Shown here: one piece after another, positions 52,935 to 61,868 of the stretch
Numbering within the stretch: position 1 is the first letter of the stretch
Layout of the letters: each line of letters starts with the position of its first letter
DNA from: Candidatus Niyogibacteria bacterium CG10_big_fil_rev_8_21_14_0_10_46_36
GTDB lineage: Bacteria; Patescibacteriota; Minisyncoccia; 1-14-0-10-42-19
NCBI GenBank assembly: GCA_002772995.1
Contig: PFCO01000008.1
Span: forward strand, 23,150 to 87,149
Length of the DNA: 64,000 nucleotides
Reading direction: 5' to 3'
Notes under the pieces: model-generated
Told to the model about the DNA's origin: nothing
The model's database searches: none
The model's input: only the letters and a program-made list of their open reading frames with translations
Position numbers and translations under genes: made by a program

Positions 52935-55409
52935 ATGCAACGGTATAATCCGAAAAAAATAGAAAAGAAATGGGCAGAAAAGTGGGAGCAGGAAGCGGTG
53001 TACGAGCCAGACATGAAAAAGGCAAAAAGGCCTTTTTATAATTTAATGATGTTCCCGTACCCGTCGGCAGAAGGTCTGCATGTGGGCAATATGTACGCAT
53101 TCGTGGGTGCTGACATTTATGGGCGTAAAAAACGGATGGAGGGCAATGATGTGTTTGAGCCCATTGGCCTTGATGGATTTGGGATACACTCAGAAAATTA
53201 TGCACTCAAGATCGGTGCGCATCCGATGAAGCTTGCCGAAAAAAGTGAAAAGAATTTTTATAAGCAATTACAGATGATCGGAAACGGGTTTGCGTGGAAC
53301 GAGCGGCTCGAAACATACAATCCCGAATATTACCGCTGGACGCAGTGGGTTTTCGTGCAGATGTTCAAGCAGGGGCTTGCGTATCGTAAAAAAGCAAAGG
53401 TAAACTGGTGCCCGGGATGCAAGACCGTGCTTTCGGATGAGCAGGTGATTGCGGGTGCGTGCGAACGGTGCGATAGCATTGTTATTAAAAAAGAACTTGA
53501 GCAATGGTTTTTTAAGATTACGGATTACGCAAAGCGCTTGCTCGGTGATCTTGAAAAGATAGATTGGTCTGAAAAAGTAAAAATTGCGCAAAAAAACTGG
53601 ATAGGCGAGAGTGAGGGTGCGCGCATCACATTTGCGCTCCGAGGCGTTCCAGGCCATGCAGACAACAAACACAGTGTAGAGGTTTTTACGACGCGTCCCG
53701 ATACGCTTTTTGGTGTAACATTTATAGCGATTTCGGCGGAGCTTGCAAAAAGATGGATAGATGCTGGCTGGCAAGCAAGCCCTGAAGTTGGTAAGTATAT
53801 TGAAAAGACTCTTGCTGGGCAGGCAATGCCGCATGGCGTTACCGAAAAAGAAGACAAGACAGGGATAGACGCCGGTTTTAAGGCGATCCACCCTATTACT
53901 GGTGAAGCAATTCCCGTCTGGGTTGTAAATTATGTATTGGGCGATGTGGGGACAGGCGCTATTATGGCGGTTCCCGCACACGACCAGCGCGACTTTGAGT
54001 TTGCAAAGAAGTTTAATCTTCCTGCAATCATGGTGGTGTGCCCTCATTATCCTGCCAAGACTTGTCCGGTGCTGGACGAAGCATACACGGGGGAAGGGCA
54101 TATGATTGCCTCTGGCGAGTTCAACGGGCAACAAAACGAACAAGTAAAATGGGGTATTACAAAAAAAGTCGGAGGCGAACGGATAACGACATATCGTCTC
54201 CGAGATTGGCTTATATCGCGCCAGCGCTACTGGGGTCCGCCGATTCCCATGGTTTTTTGCGAGGCATGCAAAGAGCAGGGAAGGGGCGAACGGGACGACA
54301 TGCCGGGGTGGTATACAGTTCCTGTGGGTGAATTGCCGGTAGAGCTTCCATATGTAAAAAACTTTAAACCGACGGGGGAGGCAACATCTCCGCTTGCGGC
54401 GGTGTCATCATTTTACGAAGTGGATTGCCCAGCGTGTGGCACAAAGGCACAACGCGAAACGGATGTATCCGACACTTTTTTGGATTCAGCATGGTATTAT
54501 CTGCGCTACCCTTCAGTAACCGAAAAAAATGCTCCATGGAACGCGGATATTACAAAGAATTGGCTTCCGGTAGATATGTATATCGGGGGTGCGGAACACG
54601 CAGTGCTCCATCTTTTGTATACCCGGTTTTTAGCGAAAGCATTTTTTGACTGGAAACTCATTGATTTTGATGAACCGTTTGTGCGGTTTCGTGCGCATGG
54701 TCTTTTGATAAAGGACGGTGCGAAGATGTCGAAATCGCGCGGGAATGTTATCAATCCCGATGTATACATAAAAGCGTACGGCGCGGATGCGTTCCGGATG
54801 TATCTTATGTTTTTGGGCCCCTTTGAGCAGGGGGGGGATTTTCGCGATGAGGGGATTAAGGGTGTTACGCGTTTTTTGGAACGCATGTGGAATCTTGCCC
54901 ATACCGTAGCAGGAAATGACGAAGTGGGCACAGTTCCGGAGCGCGGCGCTGTGGAAAAAATACTTCACCAGACTATTAAAAAGGTTACTGAAGACATTGA
55001 GTTGCTCAACTATAATACGGCAATATCGCAGCTCATGATACTGCTCCGTGAGTACGAGAATAATACATCAGCAGTCGCCAAAGAAGACATGAGGGTGTGC
55101 GCACAGCTCCTGGCGCCCTTTGCGCCGTTTCTTGCGGAAGAGCTATGGTATATGTTCGGCGGAGACGGACCTGTGCATGTTTCTTCGTGGCCGTTGTTTG
55201 AGGAATCAAAGATACAAGAGGACGCCTTTGAGCTTGTGGTCCAGATAAACGGAAAAATGCGCGACAAGTTTCAGGCGCCAAGCACAATCTCAAAAGAGGA
55301 CATGGAAAAAGAAGCGCTTTCCCGTCCGCGCGTGCAAGAATTGCTCGCAGGAAAACAGCCGAAAAAAGTTATCATCATTCCAAAGCGGCTCGTAAATATT
55401 GTACTATAA
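52935..55409 (+). CDS. leuS: Leucine--tRNA ligase
   Basis: HMGH-like (HVGNMYAF) and KMSKS motifs, CP1 editing domain; length 824 aa. Confidence 0.95.
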   Translation: MQRYNPKKIEKKWAEKWEQEAVYEPDMKKAKRPFYNLMMFPYPSAEGLHVGNMYAFVGADIYGRKKRMEGNDVFEPIGLDGFGIHSENYALKIGAHPMKLAEKSEKNFYKQLQMIGNGFAWNERLETYNPEYYRWTQWVFVQMFKQGLAYRKKAKVNWCPGCKTVLSDEQVIAGACERCDSIVIKKELEQWFFKITDYAKRLLGDLEKIDWSEKVKIAQKNWIGESEGARITFALRGVPGHADNKHSVEVFTTRPDTLFGVTFIAISAELAKRWIDAGWQASPEVGKYIEKTLAGQAMPHGVTEKEDKTGIDAGFKAIHPITGEAIPVWVVNYVLGDVGTGAIMAVPAHDQRDFEFAKKFNLPAIMVVCPHYPAKTCPVLDEAYTGEGHMIASGEFNGQQNEQVKWGITKKVGGERITTYRLRDWLISRQRYWGPPIPMVFCEACKEQGRGERDDMPGWYTVPVGELPVELPYVKNFKPTGEATSPLAAVSSFYEVDCPACGTKAQRETDVSDTFLDSAWYYLRYPSVTEKNAPWNADITKNWLPVDMYIGGAEHAVLHLLYTRFLAKAFFDWKLIDFDEPFVRFRAHGLLIKDGAKMSKSRGNVINPDVYIKAYGADAFRMYLMFLGPFEQGGDFRDEGIKGVTRFLERMWNLAHTVAGNDEVGTVPERGAVEKILHQTIKKVTEDIELLNYNTAISQLMILLREYENNTSAVAKEDMRVCAQLLAPFAPFLAEELWYMFGGDGPVHVSSWPLFEESKIQEDAFELVVQINGKMRDKFQAPSTISKEDMEKEALSRPRVQELLAGKQPKKVIIIPKRLVNIVL

Positions 55410-55439
55410 AATAAACAGTTGCTTTGATAGGGGTGAGGA

Positions 55440-56042
55440 ATGAAAAAAATCGTCATCGTTTTGTACATGGGCTGCCTGTATGCCGTGTTCGCGTTTTCTC
55501 TATTTTGTGCGAATACATCATTTCGGGGAGATGCAAAAACTGCCGTTATCTTTATTGATAAAGAGCTGACATTTCAAGGATATGTGCCTGCGTTTCTGCG
55601 CGCGCAATATGAACTGTATTATTTTTATGCACAAGGATACCGTGCGCGCATCGTATTTCGTGCCGATGAGACGATCATCAAAGAATTTTTGTTGGATAAC
55701 AAAATACACGCACTTTCTTATTTCGGGCATGCAAGTTTTCCGGCAATAGCAGGACTGGGAGCGGGAGACTGGCAAGCGGCACTATATAATGGGTATGTCG
55801 AAAAGTACGAACATCTCGGTCTTGCGTCTGATGATGCAGAACGCCTGGCAGATGTGCAGAGTAGGAATTTCGGTTTAGACATAGTGAGGAACAACTCATG
55901 CTATTCGCTTGCGGGGACGGCTCTCGCCCGGTTATTTGTACAGTCTGGCGGCGTCTATTATGGCTCAAAAGGGTACTATTTCCCTACGCCCACATACCGC
56001 TCGGACACGAGCATGTTTTTGGAACAATACAATGTTCCATAA
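55440..56042 (+). CDS. Hypothetical secreted protein (200 aa)
   Basis: Signal-like N-terminus; followed by two tandem terminators. Confidence 0.55.
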   Translation: MKKIVIVLYMGCLYAVFAFSLFCANTSFRGDAKTAVIFIDKELTFQGYVPAFLRAQYELYYFYAQGYRARIVFRADETIIKEFLLDNKIHALSYFGHASFPAIAGLGAGDWQAALYNGYVEKYEHLGLASDDAERLADVQSRNFGLDIVRNNSCYSLAGTALARLFVQSGGVYYGSKGYYFPTPTYRSDTSMFLEQYNVP

Positions 56043-56071
56043 ATAAAAAGCCCTGTGAAAGGGGCTTTTTT
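56043..56071 (+). terminator. Rho-independent terminator (AGCCC-tgtgaaag-GGGCT, then TTTTTT)
   Basis: Seen in sequence. Confidence 0.8.
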
Positions 56072-56075
56072 ATGG

Positions 56076-56114
56076 AAATAAACGGCTCACACCCCCGTGT
56101 GAGCCGTTTATTTG
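56076..56114. terminator. Second terminator, palindromic element AAACGGCTCACA-cccccg-TGTGAGCCGTTT, flanked by A-run and T-run; a copy of the element at 4331
   Basis: Seen in sequence; near-identical stem to 4331-4359 in inverted orientation. Confidence 0.8.
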
Positions 56115-56270
56115 GAAGCTTCGGCGCCTTATTTTATAGGGCGTAAAGGTATTGAATCAATGATTCTCTAATTATTAAAAAATAAGTCTATATTTTGTCA
56201 AAAATATATGCTTTTTTTATTTAAAAATAAGGCATTTTTATACTTATCCACAGTTTATGCAGAGAATTTA

Positions 56271-56310
56271 TTGACAAAAATACTGGTACATATACCATAA
56301 AGTTATGGTT
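56271..56310 (+). promoter_or_regulatory. TTGACA -35 box plus palindrome ACCATAA-ag-TTATGGT overlapping the ATG of the TrmB regulator; candidate autoregulatory operator
   Basis: Seen in sequence: TTGACA 56271-56276; inverted repeat 56294-56309; ATG at 56305 lies inside the right arm. Confidence 0.4.
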
Positions 56311-57060
56311 CCAGAGCTCCAAACAGTCCTTAAGAGCATAGGATTGAACGATAAAGAAATATCAGTGTATGACGCCCTCCTGCCTCTCGGACGAGGCACG
56401 GTGCGTGAGCTGTCTACTCGGACCGGTATAAACAGGGGGACTGTTCACGACATTCTGGAGATTCTTCTCGAAAAAGGTCTTTTAGTATCTGAGCGCCAGG
56501 GTTCGCGGCGGCGTTTTCTACTCGCACCTCCCGAAAATATTATTTCGGTGTTGGAAGAAAAAAAACGATCCCTTCATGATCAGGCAAAGAAATTTGAAGA
56601 AGCAATGCCGCAACTCAAATCATTGTATGCCAAGCAAGGCGGGCGGCCCCGGGTAGAGTATTTTGATTCTGATGAGGGTATTAAAAAGATCCTTGAAGAT
56701 GTGCTGGAAACACTGCATACCCATGCAGACAAAAAAGAATATGTGCTCTATTCGTCAAAGTCCGTACGCAATTATTTGTACAAACTCTTCCCGAATTTTA
56801 CAAAAGAAAAAGTGAAGCGGAACATTTTCACAAAAGTTATCGGGCTGGGGGAGGGAGCAGATCCGAAACACATAACTATGGCTGAACGAAAAACTATCAA
56901 TCATGATGCTCCTGCCTATATGATCGTATACGGACCGAAGATAGCCTTGATATCAGTAGCGGAGGACGATATGCCGTTTGGTGTTCTTATTGATGATGAA
57001 AAAATATCAGGAACGCAACGATTACTATTTGATGAACTCTGGGAGAGGCTTGAACAGTAA
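56305..57060 (+). CDS. TrmB-family transcriptional regulator
   Basis: N-terminal winged HTH (KEISVYDALLPLGRGTVRELSTRTGINRGTVHDILEILLEKGL) typical of TrmB, plus a C-terminal effector domain. Confidence 0.8.
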   Translation: MVPELQTVLKSIGLNDKEISVYDALLPLGRGTVRELSTRTGINRGTVHDILEILLEKGLLVSERQGSRRRFLLAPPENIISVLEEKKRSLHDQAKKFEEAMPQLKSLYAKQGGRPRVEYFDSDEGIKKILEDVLETLHTHADKKEYVLYSSKSVRNYLYKLFPNFTKEKVKRNIFTKVIGLGEGADPKHITMAERKTINHDAPAYMIVYGPKIALISVAEDDMPFGVLIDDEKISGTQRLLFDELWERLEQ

Positions 57061-57063
57061 TAT

Positions 57064-58914
57064 ATGTGTGGCATCGTTGGATACATAGGAAAGAAAGATG
57101 GACTAGCAGTCGTTACTAAAGGCCTTGAGCGCCTTGAGTATCGCGGATATGATTCTGCGGGTGTAGCATTCTTAGGAAAGCGAAGTCCTCATTTGCGCGT
57201 GGTAAAAACAGTAGGCCGTCTTCAGGCGCTTACCAGGGCGCTTTCAGGAAATGCATCGAAAGAACAGACGGCAGTCATCGGGCATACCCGTTGGGCAACA
57301 CATGGCGTTCCTACGAAACAAAATGCGCATCCGCACATAGGATGCAAAAAGGAGATAGCAGTCGTGCATAACGGCATCATAGAGAATCATGATGTGTTGC
57401 GCGAAGCGCTTGTTCGCGAAGGTCATACATTCCGCTCCCATACTGATTCAGAAGTATTGGTGCACCTCATTGAGCGGATGCTCTTATTCGGCGCCCCGTC
57501 TCTCGAAGATGCTCTGCGCCAAGCGCTGCATCATGTGCGCGGCACATTTGGGATAGCGGCATTCTCTTCGCGTTGGCCGGATACGATTGTTGCTGCGCGC
57601 CGGGGTTCTCCGCTTCTTGTTGGAATAGGGAAAGATGGAGAATACGTGGTGGCGTCAGACGCAAGCGCTATTGCGGAGCACACAAAACAGGTGTTGTATC
57701 TTAATGACAACGAAATGGTATCTTTGTCGCCGGCGGGGCATCGGGTGTTTGACATCGCAAATAATACACTTACAAAATCCGCGACTGTTGTTGATTGGAC
57801 TATAGAGGAATCTCAAAAAGGAGGCTTCCCGCATTTTATGCTGAAAGAAATACATGAAATACCCGAAGTGATACAGAATGCGCTGCGGGGGCGCGTGCTT
57901 GCTAAAGAAAATAGCGTAAAGCTCGGGGGACTTGAGCCAATCCAAAAAAAATTAGCGTCAATACAGCGCGTTATCATCGTTGCATGCGGGACTTCGTATT
58001 ATGCGGGCTTGATAGGCAAGTATCTCATAGAACGCATGGCGAAATTGCCGGTTGAAGTAGTCTATGCATCTGAGTTCCGATATGCGCCGCATGTGATAGA
58101 TAGGCATGTGTTAGTGATTGCTATTTCGCAGTCGGGAGAAACAGCCGATACGCTTGAAGCGGTGAAAGAAGCAAAGCGGGAGCGTGCGCTTACTCTTGGT
58201 ATTGTGAATGTCGTCGGGTCTTCTATCGCGCGCGAGGTGCATGCGGGGATATATAATCACGCGGGCCCCGAGATAGCGGTGGCCTCAACAAAGGCGTTTG
58301 TCTCGCAGCTTGCGGTGCTTGCGCTTTTTTCAGCGTACATAGGAGAGATGAGAAATACATTTTCAGAGGAAGAGCGTAAAGCATTCTTAAAAGATTTGCT
58401 GTCCCTTCCTCACAAATGCAAGCTTGTGCTGAAAGAAAGTAATACGGTAAAAAAAATAGCAAAAAAATTCCATACTGTGGGCGATGTTATGTTCTTGGGA
58501 AGGAAATATAATTGGCCGACAGCGCTTGAAGGTTCTTTGAAGCTGAAAGAAATATCCTATATCCACGCGGAAGGATATCCGGCGGGAGAAATAAAGCACG
58601 GCCCTATTGCATTGATTGATGCGAATATTCCTACGATTGTAATAGCGCTCAAGGATAGCGTGTATGAAAAGACAGTCTCCGCTATTCAGGAGATACGCGC
58701 CCGCAAGGGGCCGGTTATTGCCGTTGCTTCGGTAGGCGATGACGCAATTTTGAAATATACACAGTATGTTATGTTTATTCCGCAGATACGGGAGTCGCTT
58801 AGTCCTATGCTTGCGGTTATTCCGTTGCAGCTTTTTGCATATTATGTTTCTGTATTCCGGGGGACTGATGTCGACAAACCTAGGAATCTTGCGAAGAGCG
58901 TTACGGTGGAATAG
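57064..58914 (+). CDS. glmS: Glutamine--fructose-6-phosphate aminotransferase
   Basis: N-terminal MCGIVGY glutaminase nucleophile, two SIS domains, C-terminal ...VTVE. Confidence 0.95.
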   Translation: MCGIVGYIGKKDGLAVVTKGLERLEYRGYDSAGVAFLGKRSPHLRVVKTVGRLQALTRALSGNASKEQTAVIGHTRWATHGVPTKQNAHPHIGCKKEIAVVHNGIIENHDVLREALVREGHTFRSHTDSEVLVHLIERMLLFGAPSLEDALRQALHHVRGTFGIAAFSSRWPDTIVAARRGSPLLVGIGKDGEYVVASDASAIAEHTKQVLYLNDNEMVSLSPAGHRVFDIANNTLTKSATVVDWTIEESQKGGFPHFMLKEIHEIPEVIQNALRGRVLAKENSVKLGGLEPIQKKLASIQRVIIVACGTSYYAGLIGKYLIERMAKLPVEVVYASEFRYAPHVIDRHVLVIAISQSGETADTLEAVKEAKRERALTLGIVNVVGSSIAREVHAGIYNHAGPEIAVASTKAFVSQLAVLALFSAYIGEMRNTFSEEERKAFLKDLLSLPHKCKLVLKESNTVKKIAKKFHTVGDVMFLGRKYNWPTALEGSLKLKEISYIHAEGYPAGEIKHGPIALIDANIPTIVIALKDSVYEKTVSAIQEIRARKGPVIAVASVGDDAILKYTQYVMFIPQIRESLSPMLAVIPLQLFAYYVSVFRGTDVDKPRNLAKSVTVE

Positions 58915-58940
58915 ATTTTTATTACCCTAACCCAGTTTTT

Positions 58941-59933
58941 ATGAAAAAAGACCCATCAAAGAAGAAGAACATTGTTGTCATCGGTGGAGGAACAGGCACC
59001 TATACTGTTCTTTCGGGGCTTAAAAAATATCCGGTCACGCTTTCGGCTATTATCTCTATGGCTGATGACGGCGGCTCTACGGGGCTCCTGCGCGAGGAAT
59101 TCGGTATGCTTCCTGCAGGGGATGTGCGCCGTGCGCTTGTCGCTCTCTCTCCTCAAGAGAATGAATTTTTGGCACGTCTCTTTACCTATCGCTTTAAAGA
59201 AGGAGGCATGAATGGTCATAGTTTTGGTAATCTTATTTTGACTGCGCTTGAGCGTACCACTGGCAGTTTTGAAAGTGCGGTTGAAAAGGCGGCAGAGCTA
59301 TTAGATGTGCACGATAATTATGTTATTCCGGTAACACTTTCCAATGTCCGGCTGTTTGCCGAACTTGAAGATGGGTCAGTCATACAGGGAGAGACAAATA
59401 TAGACATTCCGAAGCATGACGGAACGCTCAAAATAACGCGCGTGTGGCTTGAGCCGAAAGCGCGGGCGAATATCAAGGCTGTACGTGCCATTAAACGCGC
59501 GGACCTTATTGTGATAGGCCCGGGCGATCTTTATACAAGCATCATTCCGAATCTCCTTGTGTCGGGGGTGCAAAAAGCACTCTTGGAGTCAAAGGCACGC
59601 AAGATCTATGTCATGAATTTGATGACAAAATTCGGGGAGACGCATGGATTTGTAGCACAGGACTTTATACACACTATTGAGTCGTATCTTGAACCGGGAT
59701 TTTTTGATGCGATCCTTGTAAATACAGGAAAGCCTCAGGAAAAAGTTTTGAAAAAATACCGCACAGAGCAGGCATACATGGTAGATAATTATTTTGAGCG
59801 CACAAAGCCCGGTTACCGCGGAAAATCTAAATTGATAAAAGCGCCATTTATCCGCGGGAGCGATCTCGTGCGGCATGATACAAAAAAACTTGCTGAGACC
59901 ATCTATAAATTATCCGAAAAGGCGAGGTGGTAA
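58941..59933 (+). CDS. YvcK/CofD-like gluconeogenesis factor family protein (UPF0052)
   Basis: IVVIGGGTG...ISMADDGGSTG signature. Confidence 0.9.
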   Translation: MKKDPSKKKNIVVIGGGTGTYTVLSGLKKYPVTLSAIISMADDGGSTGLLREEFGMLPAGDVRRALVALSPQENEFLARLFTYRFKEGGMNGHSFGNLILTALERTTGSFESAVEKAAELLDVHDNYVIPVTLSNVRLFAELEDGSVIQGETNIDIPKHDGTLKITRVWLEPKARANIKAVRAIKRADLIVIGPGDLYTSIIPNLLVSGVQKALLESKARKIYVMNLMTKFGETHGFVAQDFIHTIESYLEPGFFDAILVNTGKPQEKVLKKYRTEQAYMVDNYFERTKPGYRGKSKLIKAPFIRGSDLVRHDTKKLAETIYKLSEKARW

Positions 59934-59969
59934 AATAAATTGCCACACTATAATAGTGTGGCAATTGTT

Positions 59970-60428
59970 TTATGTTCTTTGTGTTGCAATCCACCGTTTA
60001 CATGCGGTGAATGCCGCTTCGTAGGTCTCGTTTTCAAAAAAGAATGTGTACTGCTCTGCGCTCGCGGGAATTTTTATCTCTATTTTTTCATTTTCCCAGA
60101 GCACTACCAGGGATGATTCTTTGTTTGCGATAAGAGACACCGGAATCTCTTTCCATGGTTTGAATGTTGGGCTGTTTTTTGCGATGATCATTTTTTTATC
60201 TGTGCAGACAACCCATGCGAGGAAAAAAGTATTGCCGTCTACCCAGCGGGATGCGTCGTACTTCACCCGTGAGAGCTGCCAGACATTCTGAGCGCGATCA
60301 GAGCCTTCGAGTGTGTTTTTTTTAAGATATGTTTCTGCGGCCGTGCGCATCTCTTCTTTGGATGGATTCGGGAACGGGTTTATTTTTTTTATAAAACGAA
60401 CGAATACTACAGCGAATTTTTTTATCAT
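59970..60428 (-). CDS. Hypothetical protein (152 aa)
   Basis: ORF overlapping the upstream gene's stop by 4 nt; no recognised domain. Confidence 0.5.
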   Translation of the reverse strand: MIKKFAVVFVRFIKKINPFPNPSKEEMRTAAETYLKKNTLEGSDRAQNVWQLSRVKYDASRWVDGNTFFLAWVVCTDKKMIIAKNSPTFKPWKEIPVSLIANKESSLVVLWENEKIEIKIPASAEQYTFFFENETYEAAFTACKRWIATQRT

Positions 60429-61135
60429 TCGTATACCTCCCGGATTTGTATTATATTGTTGAGTCCAACCACTACTGCTCCTGCGGGTACATCTTGCGTG
60501 ATAATCGCGTTAGCTCCGATAATGGCACCGTCCCCGATACGCAATGCACCTTTGTTATTTTTTTGCGTTGAGACGAGGTTGGAGTGTATGCCCGTTTTAA
60601 CATGTTCGCCGATAACAGTTTTATTTTTTTGAATGCCGTCGTAATTCGCGGTAATAGTACTTGCGCCGATATTGGTATGTCTGCCAATCTTCGTATCCCC
60701 GAGATAACAGAAATGCTTTGCGGTGACATGCTCCATGATGGTACTCCGTGTTATTTCTGTATTGGGTCCCGTGGCAACATCACTACCGATGCATGCATCA
60801 ATAATATGTCCTCCTATGTTGCATCGGGAGCCTATCGTGCTTCGGGTGAGCCGGGTGCCCGGCTGTATCATGGTGTGTTCGCCGATATGCGTTTCTCCAA
60901 AAAAATACACATGCGGTCCGATAACACTGCCTGCACCGATATGAAGGCTATCGAGTCCGCTCGGGAGCCACACATAGACGGTCTCCCAGTCGACAAAAAC
61001 GACATTTTTGAATCTTTTATTGATGAAATCTATATCAACCAGGTCATATAACTTTTTGCCTTCTCTGTATAAAGAGAGGGATTGCTCATGATCCATTATA
61101 CGCTCCTTTTTCAAATAATATGCTGCAGATACCAT
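60425..61135 (-). CDS. Left-handed beta-helix acetyltransferase resembling the C-terminal (GlcN-1-P acetyltransferase) domain of GlmU, without a uridyltransferase domain
   Basis: The hexapeptide repeats and the ...GASTITANYDGIQKNKTVIGEHVKTG...IGDGAIIGANAIITQDVPAGAVV segment closely mirror the GlmU C-terminal domain. Only about 80 aa precede the repeats. Confidence 0.7.
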   Translation of the reverse strand: MVSAAYYLKKERIMDHEQSLSLYREGKKLYDLVDIDFINKRFKNVVFVDWETVYVWLPSGLDSLHIGAGSVIGPHVYFFGETHIGEHTMIQPGTRLTRSTIGSRCNIGGHIIDACIGSDVATGPNTEITRSTIMEHVTAKHFCYLGDTKIGRHTNIGASTITANYDGIQKNKTVIGEHVKTGIHSNLVSTQKNNKGALRIGDGAIIGANAIITQDVPAGAVVVGLNNIIQIREVYE

Positions 61136-61161
61136 ACTTGAAAAATTTGATTTTGTCTAGA

Positions 61162-61192
61162 TAAAAACCCCGGGGATGCCGGGGTTGTTTTT
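61162..61192. terminator. Bidirectional terminator (CCCCGG-ggatg-CCGGGG, flanked by A-run and T-run)
   Basis: Seen in sequence. Confidence 0.8.
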
Positions 61193-61193
61193 T

Positions 61194-61802
61194 TTATGTC
61201 ATATGATTGATAAGGAACGGGAGTGATGTCAGGGGCGCTATAATGAGGAGTGCTTCTCCTGTCTGGTATAACATGATCTCTATCTGCGTGCTTCGAAGGG
61301 ACTTTTTTTCATAGTCTTTTTCGCGCTCTTGTACTAACCCCGCGTATTGTTCTGCCACCACATACATAGCCGTGACAATGATAGCTACAGGACCAATAAA
61401 TATAACCCATGGCAATATTGTCACCGACGGATGTATTATGTTGTCGATAATACCGAATCCTGTTGCTATAGAAACAGCAGGGAGAATCATCTGCATGCCG
61501 CGCATGAGCTGTACGCGCTTATCTTTGTCGCGCAGAGCAAATCCGGACGAGAAGCCCACAATAATGGCCGATAAAAACATAGGATCCATAGCGGTCTTTT
61601 TTGTTGTCATAAGTATTGCTATCGCCGGACTTGCATATAATGTAAGCGTTTTTTCGGGGACGGGCATGATATCAAATGCTACAAGGGCTACCGTAACTGC
61701 AAAGATGAACCAGAGCGTCGCTATGCTGAAGAGCATGTTTATTTTTAAATTTCCCATTTCGCACACCTCGTGCTTTGTTTTTTTCCGTTCCAACCATATC
61801 AT
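61194..61802 (-). CDS. Hypothetical polytopic membrane protein
   Basis: 5-6 TM helices; no recognised family. Confidence 0.5.
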   Translation of the reverse strand: MIWLERKKTKHEVCEMGNLKINMLFSIATLWFIFAVTVALVAFDIMPVPEKTLTLYASPAIAILMTTKKTAMDPMFLSAIIVGFSSGFALRDKDKRVQLMRGMQMILPAVSIATGFGIIDNIIHPSVTILPWVIFIGPVAIIVTAMYVVAEQYAGLVQEREKDYEKKSLRSTQIEIMLYQTGEALLIIAPLTSLPFLINHMT

Positions 61803-61824
61803 ATATGTGATGGCTGTTCAAGTA

Positions 61825-61856
61825 TAAAAAAATCCGCCCTCTATACGGGGGCGGAT
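61825..61856 (-). terminator. Terminator downstream of ftsH (minus strand): hairpin CCGCCC...GGGCGG followed by a T-run on the minus strand
   Basis: Seen in sequence. Confidence 0.7.
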
Positions 61857-61868
61857 ACTATGTATGTG

